Below the pieces are notes generated by a model. It saw only the letters and a list, made by a program, of their open reading frames with translations, was not told the DNA's origin and made no database searches. Positions 16,845 to 27,000 of a stretch of DNA of 38,370 nucleotides are shown in pieces (positions within the stretch are counted from its first letter, which is position 1; every line of letters starts with the position of its first letter). This DNA is from a virus. The position numbers and the translations under genes are program-made. The stretch covers positions 1-38,370 of the IMG/VR virus record IMGVR_UViG_3300048599_000037, one strand, 5' to 3'.

Positions 16845-16869
16845 TGTATTCAATACAGCTTAGATACAG
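16845..16869 (+). promoter_or_regulatory. 13-bp perfect palindrome TGTATTCAATACA overlapping a conserved box AATACAGCTTAGATAC (ATACAG repeated with 11-bp phasing)
   Basis: Palindrome at 16845-16857. The box at 16852-16867 matches 37282-37297 at 15 of 16 positions. It lies in the divergent intergenic region between the fibre operon and the capsid operon. Confidence 0.55.
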
Positions 16870-17015
16870 CCACAGCACTTATATGGTGCGGAAGTTATGC
16901 GCCTAAAAGCCTATTTCGAGCTTTATCGAAATTCGTAGTGATCTTAAAAATTCCTGAAGTGAGCAGAAAAAAATTCAAAAACAATAACAATTTTTAAACT
17001 CTAAAGGAGTTGCTC

Positions 17016-18230
17016 ATGGCATTTTTAGATTTGGGAGCAATGAATGCAGCCTTAAAAGAACTATATGACGGACAAGTGGTCGAAAATTTAGTTTACGCAG
17101 ACAATCCATTTTTCGCAATGTTACCGAAATCGACTGATTTTGGTGGTAAATACAAACCAATTCCAATCATCACTGGCGTTTCTCAAGGTACATCTTCTAC
17201 TTTCGTAAACGCTCAAGGTAATCAAACTACTGTTGAAGTAGAATCTTTCTTATTAACTCGTTCTAAGCAGTACGCTTTAGCAACTATTGATAATGAAACG
17301 ATGTTAGCTTCTCAAACTGACAAAATGTCTTTCTTAAACGGTTCAAAATTGATGATCGATGGCGCTATCCGTTCAGGTTCAAACGCTATTGCTTCTTCTA
17401 TCTTCCGTTCTGGTACAGGTACATTAGGTCAAATCGCTTCTTACTCTTTATCAGTTTTAACTGCAACTATCGTTTTAACTAACCCGAATGACATCGTTCA
17501 ATTCGAGCGTGGTATGACTTTAATCGCAACTACAACTGATGGTGGTGCAAGCTCTGTTGATTCGGCACAAATCCAAACTGTGAACCGTTCAACTGGATCT
17601 ATGACTATTCTATTTGCTGGTGCTCCATCGGTAACATGGGCTGTAAATTCTTTCTTAGTGGTTCAAGGTGACTTAAACCAAAAAGCAAAAGGTTTAGCAG
17701 CATGGATGCCTTCTGGAAATATCGCTCCGGGCGACAATTTCTTTGGCGTAGATCGTTCAGTAGATCGCAATCGTTTAGGTGGTAACTACTACGACGGTTC
17801 TGCACAATCAATCGAAGAGGCATTAATCGACGCAAGTTCATTAGTAGCTCGTGAGGGTGGTCGTGTTGACGTTGGTATGACGAATTTCGCTTCTTATTCT
17901 TCTTTGGAAAAAGCTTTAGGTTCTAAAGTTCAGTACATCGATATGAAACAAGGTGAGATTGGTTTCCGTGGTATCATGGTAAATGGTGCTGCTTCAACTA
18001 TCAAAATCTTAGCTGACCGTAACTGCCAATCGCGCAAATTATGGTTATTACAAATGAACACTTGGAAATTAGAAGGTTTAGGCGATGTTCCTCAAATCTT
18101 AAAATACGGTGACGGATTAGAAATGCTTCGCGTGAACAATGCGGATGCTGGTGAAGTTCGTATCGGTGCGTACTTCCAATTACGCACAAATGCTCCAGGT
18201 TGGAATGCTAACGTTGATTTAAGTTCGTAA
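17016..18230 (+). CDS. Major capsid protein (putative)
   Basis: Strong SD (AAGGAG) 6 nt before ATG 17016, whereas the track's TTG at 17010 is unlikely. 405 aa, A/G/S/T-rich and almost Cys-free. A strong hairpin terminator follows, and head and tail genes lie downstream. Confidence 0.65.
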   Translation: MAFLDLGAMNAALKELYDGQVVENLVYADNPFFAMLPKSTDFGGKYKPIPIITGVSQGTSSTFVNAQGNQTTVEVESFLLTRSKQYALATIDNETMLASQTDKMSFLNGSKLMIDGAIRSGSNAIASSIFRSGTGTLGQIASYSLSVLTATIVLTNPNDIVQFERGMTLIATTTDGGASSVDSAQIQTVNRSTGSMTILFAGAPSVTWAVNSFLVVQGDLNQKAKGLAAWMPSGNIAPGDNFFGVDRSVDRNRLGGNYYDGSAQSIEEALIDASSLVAREGGRVDVGMTNFASYSSLEKALGSKVQYIDMKQGEIGFRGIMVNGAASTIKILADRNCQSRKLWLLQMNTWKLEGLGDVPQILKYGDGLEMLRVNNADAGEVRIGAYFQLRTNAPGWNANVDLSS

Positions 18231-18237
18231 TTCTTAT

Positions 18238-18300
18238 GGGTCTTCGAGCCTTAAAAAAGCTCTTAGACCCTTTCTACTTTTTACCTAGGGGGGCTTAGGT
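18238..18300 (+). terminator. Intrinsic terminator after the capsid gene, plus a second GGGG-tetraloop hairpin
   Basis: gggtcttcgagc-cttaaaaa-gctcttagaccc forms 10 pairs with a 2-nt internal mismatch and is followed by tttctacttttt. Next, acctagg-gggg-cttaggt at 18283-18300 forms 7 pairs. Confidence 0.7.
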
Positions 18301-18348
18301 AAAATTTTAAACCATACCTTGCGCACAGTCGCAGAAGGAAATTTCACA

Positions 18349-18747
18349 ATGGCAAATCGTCTATACAATCAATTCAGATTACAATTAGAAAAAGCAGTAG
18401 TTGATTTATTTGGTCACGTTACTATCGGTGCGGCAGGCGCTCCAACGCTTGTAACTGGTGGGACTGGCGGATCATCTAAAGGTATCGCATCAATCTCTCG
18501 TTTAAGCGCTGGCCGCTATTCGATTGTTTTACAAGATACTTACTACGGTTTATTAATGTTTCAAGCAATGTTAATCAGCACAGCAGCTCCAGCAGCTCCT
18601 GAAGTTCGCATTGTTTCTGAAGCAGTATCAAACTCAGCTTCTAAAGCTATTATCATTCAATTCGCTGTTGGTGGCGTTGCTACTGATCCAGCGAGTGGTG
18701 AGGCTTTCAGATTCGTAGCTCAATTAAAACAATCGTCTGCCTACTAG
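18349..18747 (+). CDS. Small structural protein after the capsid (possible decoration or minor capsid protein)
   Basis: ATG 18349 with AAGGAA 8 nt upstream is preferred over the TTG at 18319. 132 aa with a beta-rich composition. Confidence 0.55.
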   Translation: MANRLYNQFRLQLEKAVVDLFGHVTIGAAGAPTLVTGGTGGSSKGIASISRLSAGRYSIVLQDTYYGLLMFQAMLISTAAPAAPEVRIVSEAVSNSASKAIIIQFAVGGVATDPASGEAFRFVAQLKQSSAY

Positions 18748-18760
18748 TAGGGGGTCGAAA

Positions 18761-18988
18761 ATGTTTTTCACTGACAAGAAAAAAATCCAGACAGTTTTAA
18801 AGAGCCGCGCAGGTGGCTCTACTGTCGAATCAAAATCAGAAGAAAACTTAGGCGTCAAGGATGATGCCTTCACTGCTTTGGCTGAAGAGATCCTTTCAGC
18901 TGTTCAAGAGAAATCAGCTCTTCGTTTAGCAGAATGTTTAAGAAAAATTTCAAATAAGGATTACAAAAAAGATCAAAACGGGGAGTAA
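18761..18988 (+). CDS. Hypothetical protein
   Basis: SD GGGGG/GGTCG region upstream. Packed in the operon. Confidence 0.55.
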   Translation: MFFTDKKKIQTVLKSRAGGSTVESKSEENLGVKDDAFTALAEEILSAVQEKSALRLAECLRKISNKDYKKDQNGE

Positions 18989-18991
18989 AAT

Positions 18992-19693
18992 ATGGCTACA
19001 ACGATGACACTGGCGCAACTTAGAGCCGCAGTAAGACAACGTGCAGACATGGAAAACTCTCAGTTTGTTCAAGACTCTGAATTAAATTCATATATTAATC
19101 AGTCAGCTTTTGAACTTTACGATTTGTTAGTCCAAAAATACGGGGACAACTATTTTGTTGCTCCCGCTTTTCAAATCATCACAGACGGAACAAACGACAA
19201 ATACAACCTTCCAGCTGACTTTTATAAAGAGCTTGGAGTTGATTTACTTTTGTCAAATTCTGCTGAATCAGCTGTTACCGTTCCGCAATTTAATTTCTCT
19301 GACAGAAATAAATATGCGACTCCAAACTTTCAAACTTTCTACGGTGTAACAAATTTACGTTACCGTTTAAATGGAAATCAGATCTGGTTCACTCCTGTTC
19401 CAATGGCCGGGCAAAAAATCAATATGTGGTATGTTCCGACGATGACTACAATGGATTCAGACAGCGCAACGCTTGAAGGTGTTTCTGGTTGGACTGAGTA
19501 CGTTATCATTGATGCGGCTATCAAGTGCAAAGTGAAAGAAGAATCAGAAGCCACAATCTTAGTGGATGCAAAAAATAAAATTATCAATCGAATTGAAAAT
19601 GCGGCTGAGAATAGAAACGCTTCTTCTCCTCCGACAGTTTCAGACACGATGTTTAGAAATGTGGATTGGCCTAACGGCGATGGCGGTTATTAA
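18992..19693 (+). CDS. Putative head-tail adaptor or tail tubular A-like protein
   Basis: The N-terminus LAQLRAAVRQRADMENSQFVQDSELNSYINQSAFELYDLL resembles head-tail joining proteins. It occupies the position before the large tail protein, as T7 gp11 does before gp12. Confidence 0.4.
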   Translation: MATTMTLAQLRAAVRQRADMENSQFVQDSELNSYINQSAFELYDLLVQKYGDNYFVAPAFQIITDGTNDKYNLPADFYKELGVDLLLSNSAESAVTVPQFNFSDRNKYATPNFQTFYGVTNLRYRLNGNQIWFTPVPMAGQKINMWYVPTMTTMDSDSATLEGVSGWTEYVIIDAAIKCKVKEESEATILVDAKNKIINRIENAAENRNASSPPTVSDTMFRNVDWPNGDGGY

Positions 19694-20001
19694 TGAGAAT
19701 CAAAACAACTCCGATTGTTTATTCTCAAGACCGCGCCACTAATCAGAATAACATCAACACTTCAAACAACTTCGGACAGCTGGCGAAAAATCCTCAGTTA
19801 AGCGCCAATAGTTTGACAGGTATTTCTCTAAAAGCCGGTAAAAACACAATCCCGCACAAGTTAAACAGAAAACTTTCTGGCTGGACTCTGATCGGGAAAA
19901 ATGGCGCTGGCGATATTTACCAAACTACAGGAAGTCAGCCAGAATTGTTTTTATATTTAACTTCCACAACAGACGTAATTGTCGATTTAAGCGTGTTTTA
20001 A
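19693..20001 (+). CDS. Hypothetical small structural protein
   Basis: TAATG coupling. Beta-rich. Confidence 0.55.
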   Translation: MRIKTTPIVYSQDRATNQNNINTSNNFGQLAKNPQLSANSLTGISLKAGKNTIPHKLNRKLSGWTLIGKNGAGDIYQTTGSQPELFLYLTSTTDVIVDLSVF

Positions 20002-20009
20002 GGAATATT

Positions 20010-23000
20010 ATGTCATTACAAAAGCAAATCGTACCAATGAGTTTTTCACAAGGGTTAGACACTAAGACAGATCCAAAGCAAGTGTCTCCGGGAAAACTTT
20101 TGCTTTTGAAAAATGCTCATTTTCAAGAATCAAAAGAACTTAAAAAACGATTTGGTTATGAAGCATATCCTACAGCCATTCAAGGATCAGCTTTTCCTGT
20201 TACGACTGGAATTTCTACTTTCTCATATAAAAATGAGATTTTGATTCAGGATAAAAATGCGCTTTTAAGCTATAGCCCAGATCAAACATGGGTTACAAAA
20301 TCAATCAACCTAAGAAACTTTGATTATGATGTTAAGTCGGTTCAGTTTGATTCTTTATCAAAATCAAATCCAGTTGGATCTTACGATCCGGTGAACGACC
20401 TGGAGTTTTATGTTTATACAAACAAAGAATTTAACTCTAATTTACTTTATACAATTATCGAGAAATCAACTGGAAACATCATTGCAGACAATGTGATTTT
20501 AGATACTGAAGTGGTGACAAATATCCAAGTTCAATATTTATCAGGCCAGTGGGTTGTGTTTTACACAATCAACCAGTCTGCAACAGCTTCTCAGTCGTTA
20601 AGATATGTGATCGTTGACCCGGCTGCACCTTTGGCCGTCGTAACTCCAATTCAAATCACAGCGACTTTAACAGTAAATCAAAATTTCGATTCTACAAAAG
20701 TAGGTAATGAAGTTTTTATCGCTGTTTCTGAAACTGGATCACTTGTAAGAATTTATAGAATGACTTCTGCGTTCGTGGTTTCACTTCGTAGAAGCTTAGT
20801 GGGCCCGGCAGTCACTTTTACCGTAGCTTTACATGGAAATGTCAGCACGCGCATTGTGGTGCTTTACTGTGATCCAGTTGCAAATGACACTTATGTAAAA
20901 ATCTTTGATGATTCTAACACTGGCGGACCTGAGCCTACACAATACACGATTGATGCAACGAGAGCGGCTCAAACGGCCACTCTTTTTGTTGATTCACTGG
21001 GTGATGCTAAAATCTTTATCTATCACGCAGGTAATGCAACTTACCCAAGAGAAAATGCAATTGTTCGTTATGACTTCACAAATCTAAATGTGGCGTCAGC
21101 GCCTACGATTGTTTCATGCGGGTTATTGCTTCAATCAAAAGTATTTTTATACCAAAATTATTTATATTATTTCGCGTGCCCTACGGCTTCGTCATACATC
21201 AATGCAAATGAAAACACGATTTACAATACAAGCCAATACGGGCTTTATTTAATGGGTTTTGATTTTGTTAATTTGAATATGGTCTGCTACGAAAAAGCTG
21301 AATCAGGAACTTACGGATTCGATCGTGATCCAAATGTTTTAGGACAAAATCCTATACGCTCTCTCCCTGAAGTTTGTTTATTTTCTGAATCTGGAACTCA
21401 AAAATTCCTTTTCGCTTATTTAAAAAAATCTCGCACAATTGTTTTAAATGAGCAGATTTCATACCTTCATGGGGTTCAGACAATTCACTCATTCCAATCA
21501 ACTAAAGCGGTAGATCGTGAGCTAATCGCGCAGTCTCTTTGCTTCACTGGTGGTCAGCTGTTTCAATATGATGGATCTGACGTTGTAGAATCTGGATTTA
21601 ATATTTTTCCTTCTTTAAATACAACATTTTCGCAAGATACAATCGGTGGTGGTATTGGAAGTTATGGATTAACTCCAGATCCAACAGTCCAGATTGTTGG
21701 TGTTTACGAGTGGACAGATCAAAATGGCCAGCTTCACAGATCAGCGCCAAGTGATCCACTACCGATTAAAATGGTTGATTCAACTGAACCAGTTGGAGCG
21801 CGTCCTGTTTTTAACTTCACTGGGATTCAAGTTTATGGCGGGCCTCAACTTCCTCCGGGCAGAAGCTTCGTTGTAAATACAACTGGATTTGATAATCCAA
21901 TAAATTTAGCTGTTGGCGACACTGTAACAGATCCGACTGCATATCCCGGTGGAACTGTAGTCGAAAGAATTTATACAGAAGACGAGGCAGGAGCCGCAGG
22001 ACTTGGTCCAAATGGTTTAGTAATTTTTACAACAGTAGGCGCTGGAACTTTCGGAAGTACTTATTCGTTTACAAGAGCGGCAACTGCTTTCGCAGCTGGT
22101 ATTTATCCGATCAACACAACTAATGGCAGCAAAATGATTCAAGCCGCTGGTGGTGGGATTTTCCACGTTGGCCAAAGAATTAAATCAGTTACAGGAGCAC
22201 CAGCTGGTCTTCCAGCAAACGCAATTATTACTCGCGACTATGGCACTGGTTTTTATGACATTGATTTAGCTGCGACCGCAACAGCTGCAATCAATACGTG
22301 GACTCCAGATTCTAAAAGCTACTACATAGGCATTAGAAATATTTCATTAACAAACAAAAATAATATTTCTTTGGTTTTATACAGAACAAAAGTTAATGGA
22401 TCTATTTACTTCAGAACTACTTCTGTGGTGATTCCGATCATTAATAACAAACAACAGTTTCAAACTGTAATTAAAATTTCTGACTCGGATGGTGAAATTG
22501 AAGCAAATGAACAACTTTATACTTCTGGCGGAGAGGTTGAAAATATCGCTCCACCAGCTTTTGACTCAGTTCAATTCTACAAAAATAGAATCATGGGCGT
22601 TAGAAAAGATAACAAGTCAGAAATTTGGTATTCAAAACAAGTTATTCCCGGTTACGGATTAGAGTTTAACGATTCGTTCGTTTTAAACGTAAACGCTCCG
22701 GGCGGTGACGTAACTGCTACAGCTGTTTTAGATGAAAAGTTTATTACTTACAAAGGCGATGAGGCCTACTATATGTTAGGCGAGGGCCCGAATCCAATGG
22801 GTCTTCAAAATGATTTCACGCCTTTTCAATTAATTAATTCTGATAAAGCTGGATGTAAAAAAGGTGAAGAAGCTAGCGTTGTAAATATTCCAGAAGGTGT
22901 CATGGTTAAGACAAATAAAGGAATTTATTTACTTAATCGCTCTATGGGATTTGATTACATTGGCGATGCAGTAGAAGATTTCAACCAATTCACAATTATT

Positions 23001-23609
23001 TCATCTCGAGTAATGAAAACAGTTCATCAAGTTCGTTTTGGTTTATCTAACGGACAATTCATGACTTATGACTACTATCATAAACAGTGGTCAACACATG
23101 AAGGCCAAGGCGATTCACTTTCTCAAAATGATGCTGAAAACATTAATGGTGTTTATCACTTTTTAAGTTCTTCAGGAATTTTGAAAAAGGAAACGACTGC
23201 TTTTGCAGATTCTAGAACAGTTTCAGGAGTTCAAACGCCTTCATATATTCCAATGTCATTAGATACTGGATGGTTTTCATTCGCAGGAATTGAAGCATTT
23301 CAACGTGTTTACAAAGCAATTTTATTAGGTGACTACAAATCAAATCACAATTTAGTGATGCAGGTTTATTATGACTTTGATGAGAATTATTTTGACACAA
23401 TTCCTATTAACAATATCAATCCTGCTCTTGCTATCTATGCTTACAGGCTGCATATGCCAAGACAGAAATGTACTTCGATCAGATACAAAATTATTGAATC
23501 ACAATATTTAACAACAATCGGCGAAGGTCTAACGATCAGTTCAATTTCTTTTGAAGTTGGAGTGAAAAAAGGACTTAACAAAATTCGCGCTTCGCAAAGC
23601 TTTGGTTAG
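20010..23609 (+). CDS. Large tail structural protein (nozzle or tubular B-like by position)
   Basis: 1199 aa, between the adaptor-like gene and the internal-core genes. No enzymatic motif seen. Confidence 0.5.
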   Translation: MSLQKQIVPMSFSQGLDTKTDPKQVSPGKLLLLKNAHFQESKELKKRFGYEAYPTAIQGSAFPVTTGISTFSYKNEILIQDKNALLSYSPDQTWVTKSINLRNFDYDVKSVQFDSLSKSNPVGSYDPVNDLEFYVYTNKEFNSNLLYTIIEKSTGNIIADNVILDTEVVTNIQVQYLSGQWVVFYTINQSATASQSLRYVIVDPAAPLAVVTPIQITATLTVNQNFDSTKVGNEVFIAVSETGSLVRIYRMTSAFVVSLRRSLVGPAVTFTVALHGNVSTRIVVLYCDPVANDTYVKIFDDSNTGGPEPTQYTIDATRAAQTATLFVDSLGDAKIFIYHAGNATYPRENAIVRYDFTNLNVASAPTIVSCGLLLQSKVFLYQNYLYYFACPTASSYINANENTIYNTSQYGLYLMGFDFVNLNMVCYEKAESGTYGFDRDPNVLGQNPIRSLPEVCLFSESGTQKFLFAYLKKSRTIVLNEQISYLHGVQTIHSFQSTKAVDRELIAQSLCFTGGQLFQYDGSDVVESGFNIFPSLNTTFSQDTIGGGIGSYGLTPDPTVQIVGVYEWTDQNGQLHRSAPSDPLPIKMVDSTEPVGARPVFNFTGIQVYGGPQLPPGRSFVVNTTGFDNPINLAVGDTVTDPTAYPGGTVVERIYTEDEAGAAGLGPNGLVIFTTVGAGTFGSTYSFTRAATAFAAGIYPINTTNGSKMIQAAGGGIFHVGQRIKSVTGAPAGLPANAIITRDYGTGFYDIDLAATATAAINTWTPDSKSYYIGIRNISLTNKNNISLVLYRTKVNGSIYFRTTSVVIPIINNKQQFQTVIKISDSDGEIEANEQLYTSGGEVENIAPPAFDSVQFYKNRIMGVRKDNKSEIWYSKQVIPGYGLEFNDSFVLNVNAPGGDVTATAVLDEKFITYKGDEAYYMLGEGPNPMGLQNDFTPFQLINSDKAGCKKGEEASVVNIPEGVMVKTNKGIYLLNRSMGFDYIGDAVEDFNQFTIISSRVMKTVHQVRFGLSNGQFMTYDYYHKQWSTHEGQGDSLSQNDAENINGVYHFLSSSGILKKETTAFADSRTVSGVQTPSYIPMSLDTGWFSFAGIEAFQRVYKAILLGDYKSNHNLVMQVYYDFDENYFDTIPINNINPALAIYAYRLHMPRQKCTSIRYKIIESQYLTTIGEGLTISSISFEVGVKKGLNKIRASQSFG

Positions 23610-23617
23610 GAGAAAAA

Positions 23618-24514
23618 ATGGGTTTATTCGGAACAATCGGTTCAGTTGGTGGTGCAGCTTTAGGAAATGCAGTTTTGCCAGGTATCGGCGGAGTAATCGG
23701 CGGAGCACTGGGCGGCGCGCTAGGTAACTCTTTAGAGCCTCAAACATCAATGCCAAACAACGCTTTAAATCCGGGAGTCACAGGGGCTCAAAATCAACTT
23801 GTGTCTCAACTTCAGCAACAGGCAAACGGTCAGGGACCAAATCCAGCACTGGGAATGATGCGAAAAGCGAATGACGAAAATATTCGTCAGAATACTGGAT
23901 TTGTCGCTTCACAAAAGGGAATCAATCCAGCATTAGCCGGAAGATTAGCCGCTCAAAATCAAGCGATGATGGCGCAGAAAAACGCTGCCGACATGGGAAT
24001 TATTCAAGCTCAACAACAGATCCAAGCTCAACAAAACTTGGCTGGTGTTTTATCAGGTCAGCAAACTGCTAATATTCAAAACCAACAGTTACAGCTTCAA
24101 AATCAACAAGCTAATAACCAAAGAAGTACGCAAATGTTCGGTGGTGTTCTTAATGGAATCGGTGGTTATTTAGGTCATAAATACGGCCAACCAGATGTCC
24201 AGAAGGCTCAACAGCAAGAAGACGTTGTTCAAATGTCTGAAGGTGGACACGTACCGGGTGAAGCTAAAGTAATGGGAAATTCTGAAGCGAACGACACAGT
24301 TCCGGCAATGCTTTCACCGGGTGAGATTGTAATCCCTCGCACACACGCGAAGAGCCCTGAAATGGCTAAACGATTTATCGATCAGGTCTTAAAGAATAAG
24401 AAAACTCACGCGAAAGAAAAAGACATTGACGAAATTGACGTAGCACAGGTCATGAAAGTTAATTCACAAATGAAAAAACGTATTGCGCAATTAGAGAAAA
24501 AGGCTGGTAAATAA
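23618..24514 (+). CDS. Internal virion or ejection protein (gp14-like position)
   Basis: Gly-rich hydrophobic N-terminus and a Q-rich centre. The motif NDTVPAMLSPGEIVIPR is common in podovirus internal and injection proteins. Confidence 0.55.
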   Translation: MGLFGTIGSVGGAALGNAVLPGIGGVIGGALGGALGNSLEPQTSMPNNALNPGVTGAQNQLVSQLQQQANGQGPNPALGMMRKANDENIRQNTGFVASQKGINPALAGRLAAQNQAMMAQKNAADMGIIQAQQQIQAQQNLAGVLSGQQTANIQNQQLQLQNQQANNQRSTQMFGGVLNGIGGYLGHKYGQPDVQKAQQQEDVVQMSEGGHVPGEAKVMGNSEANDTVPAMLSPGEIVIPRTHAKSPEMAKRFIDQVLKNKKTHAKEKDIDEIDVAQVMKVNSQMKKRIAQLEKKAGK

Positions 24515-27000
24515 TGAAATTTCTAAAAGAAGAGAACGGCTGTTATCACTTTTCTGATGGTGGTCGCGTTGTCAAAGTTGCAAAAAATGCTGTAGGCCCT
24601 GATTTTATTAAAAAATACAATCAAGGTGGCGTTATTGAAGTTCCAGCTGTTACCAATCCAACTATGTTAAAGAAGAAAAAATCTTTACATGAAAAGCTTT
24701 ATGAAGGAATGGAGCCGGGCATTGATCTTCCTCGCGTATCACAAGAGCGCGGCCACAGTCCTCAGCCTCACGAACCAAACGACACAATTATTCATAAAGC
24801 AAAAATTGATTATAATAATTCAAATATTGGTGGTGACATCAAAAAAGCTTTTCAAAAGATCGGCGAAGATCTGGAAGATCAAGAGCTTCGCGGATATAAT
24901 CAAGGTGGGCGCATACCTCAGTCTGTAGAGCCTACTCCTATTGATCCGGTTTACATTGATGGCAATGAAGTTTTAAAAATGGCTCAAGAAAAGGGGTTAA
25001 ACGAAAACCAAAAAAGAGCTGCTTTACAGCTTTATTACATGGAGTCTGGTGGCGGAAAAGATCCAAGAATTGCAAAGCCAAATAAAGTTGGCGCACAGGG
25101 TGGATTCCAAGTAACTACAGACACTCTTAATACATTAAAGAGAAATGGATACTCAAGACAAAATTTAGATTTATCAAATCCAAGGGATGCAGTTGAAGCT
25201 GGTCTTGATAACATTAAATATAATTCATCAAAGCCAAACGTAGGAGCGGACACAAATAACTTAAGAGAGGCGCACATTGGCGGACCCGGATCTATTGGAA
25301 AGCCAGCAAGATATGACTATTATGGCACATCTACAAAAGATTACGCCAATCCTAATTCTGATCGCGTTAAAAGAGCAGATCAATATGCCTCTCAGTATTT
25401 ACCCCAAAGTGAGTTTAGAACTTCATCGCAAGAAAAACCTTTTTATCAAAGAGAAAATCAATCTTTAGATCAGGCCATGAATTTCAATCCAAACAATCCA
25501 GCAATTTTTTCTGGAGTTGAATATCCTTCTGGAGTTGAAGAAGTTCCGGGAAATATGTTCAATGTTGAAGGCCAACAACGAATGGTTGATGCGCGCACAG
25601 CTGAGCAAGATTCATATATCGCAGGTTATAGAACACCAGTTCAACAGGAAATGATTGCAACTCGTGGTGGCGTTCCTGGAGGTTATCAGGGCCCGGGATC
25701 TGCACCAGAGCAAGTTCCACCTTACAAGCTTGCGGCTCAAGAAAATCAACGTTTGATCCAACAAGCCCAAGGTGGTCAAGGTTCTCAATACCAATTTGCT
25801 TCAGGCCAAGCTCAACAGCAGCAGCCAATGTCAGCTTATGGAATGCAAAACCTTCCACAGCAGTATCAAGAAATTTATGATGCAAAATCTGGAGCTTTGC
25901 AAACTCAGGCCAACTCTCAAGAAATGCAAAGACAAGCTGAAGTTAAATATGCAGACACTCTTGCAAAACAACAACAGGACATGATTAACCGTCAAAATGA
26001 ATTACTTCAAAGATCAAACGATCAAATTGATTTATTCACGAAAGATTATTTAGCAAATAAAGTTGATCCCAATCGTTTATTTAAAAACGCTTCAACTGGC
26101 AGACAGTTTACTGGTGCAATCGGATTAATTCTTTCAGGAATTGGCGCTGCTTTAACTGGTCAGCCTTCACAGGCCCTGATGGTAATCGATCGCGCAATTG
26201 ATCGTGACATTGAAGCGCAAAAATTAGAAATCGGAAAAGGTAAAACTATTCTTGATGTTCAATTACAAAAATACGGAAATGAGCGTGATGCTATTCAGGC
26301 GACACGTATTGCGTTGGGCGCTCAAGCATTGGCCGAAATGGAAAAAGCTAAGGCTATGGCTAGAAAACCAGAAATCAAAGCCGCCCTTGAAATGAATCAA
26401 GCAAATTTAAAATTGGCCTTGGTTCAAAACATGTTAGAGCTTAACAATAAATACTTAAATTACGGAGCAACAACTGGCGCATTCAGATTAAAAGAAGGAA
26501 CTCCTGAATATTATCGCGCTATCGGTAACAATCCAGATCTAGTTGAAAAAATGTATGTTGATGGAAATGGTGAAGTTTACTTCGCAAAACGCAAGGATAA
26601 TGCTGAGAAGGTAGATCAGTACATGACTAACTTCCACGATTTAGAGCAGTCTCTAGATAACCTTTACCAGTTCGATAGCGTTTCAACAAAAATTCCTTTA
26701 ACTAAGCAAAGACAGCTTGCGGCTTCTGAATATAAACGCGCTATCGGTAACTTTATGTCGAATGAGTCCGCGAAAGTGGCCTCTACTCGTTTATCTGAGC
26801 TTGAGTTTGATATCGCTGAGTCAATCATTCAAGATCCTCGCAAATGGAATACAGTTCACTTTAGAGAGCAGCTTGACGCAGTTAAAGAAATTCTTCAGCA
26901 TGAAAAGGAGAACTTTTTAAGAAACAACTTAATTGGTTACACTCCTAAACAAAGCTTGAAAAATAAAGCGAAATCAAAAGGATTCACAAGTGCCAACTAG
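24514..27000 (+). CDS. Internal virion protein with lytic transglycosylase domain
   Basis: LQLYYMESGGGKDP...GAQGGFQVTTDT matches the SLT catalytic Glu and G-x-x-Q motifs. 828 aa with a long Q-rich coiled-coil C-terminal part. Confidence 0.7.
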   Translation: MKFLKEENGCYHFSDGGRVVKVAKNAVGPDFIKKYNQGGVIEVPAVTNPTMLKKKKSLHEKLYEGMEPGIDLPRVSQERGHSPQPHEPNDTIIHKAKIDYNNSNIGGDIKKAFQKIGEDLEDQELRGYNQGGRIPQSVEPTPIDPVYIDGNEVLKMAQEKGLNENQKRAALQLYYMESGGGKDPRIAKPNKVGAQGGFQVTTDTLNTLKRNGYSRQNLDLSNPRDAVEAGLDNIKYNSSKPNVGADTNNLREAHIGGPGSIGKPARYDYYGTSTKDYANPNSDRVKRADQYASQYLPQSEFRTSSQEKPFYQRENQSLDQAMNFNPNNPAIFSGVEYPSGVEEVPGNMFNVEGQQRMVDARTAEQDSYIAGYRTPVQQEMIATRGGVPGGYQGPGSAPEQVPPYKLAAQENQRLIQQAQGGQGSQYQFASGQAQQQQPMSAYGMQNLPQQYQEIYDAKSGALQTQANSQEMQRQAEVKYADTLAKQQQDMINRQNELLQRSNDQIDLFTKDYLANKVDPNRLFKNASTGRQFTGAIGLILSGIGAALTGQPSQALMVIDRAIDRDIEAQKLEIGKGKTILDVQLQKYGNERDAIQATRIALGAQALAEMEKAKAMARKPEIKAALEMNQANLKLALVQNMLELNNKYLNYGATTGAFRLKEGTPEYYRAIGNNPDLVEKMYVDGNGEVYFAKRKDNAEKVDQYMTNFHDLEQSLDNLYQFDSVSTKIPLTKQRQLAASEYKRAIGNFMSNESAKVASTRLSELEFDIAESIIQDPRKWNTVHFREQLDAVKEILQHEKENFLRNNLIGYTPKQSLKNKAKSKGFTSAN

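Noticed and set aside
16812-16997. 61-aa plus-strand ORF in the fibre/capsid divergent intergenic region
   Set aside because: It has a TTG start without an SD, lies across promoter and operator-like DNA, and ends in an Asn run produced by an A-rich tract. It is most likely non-coding.
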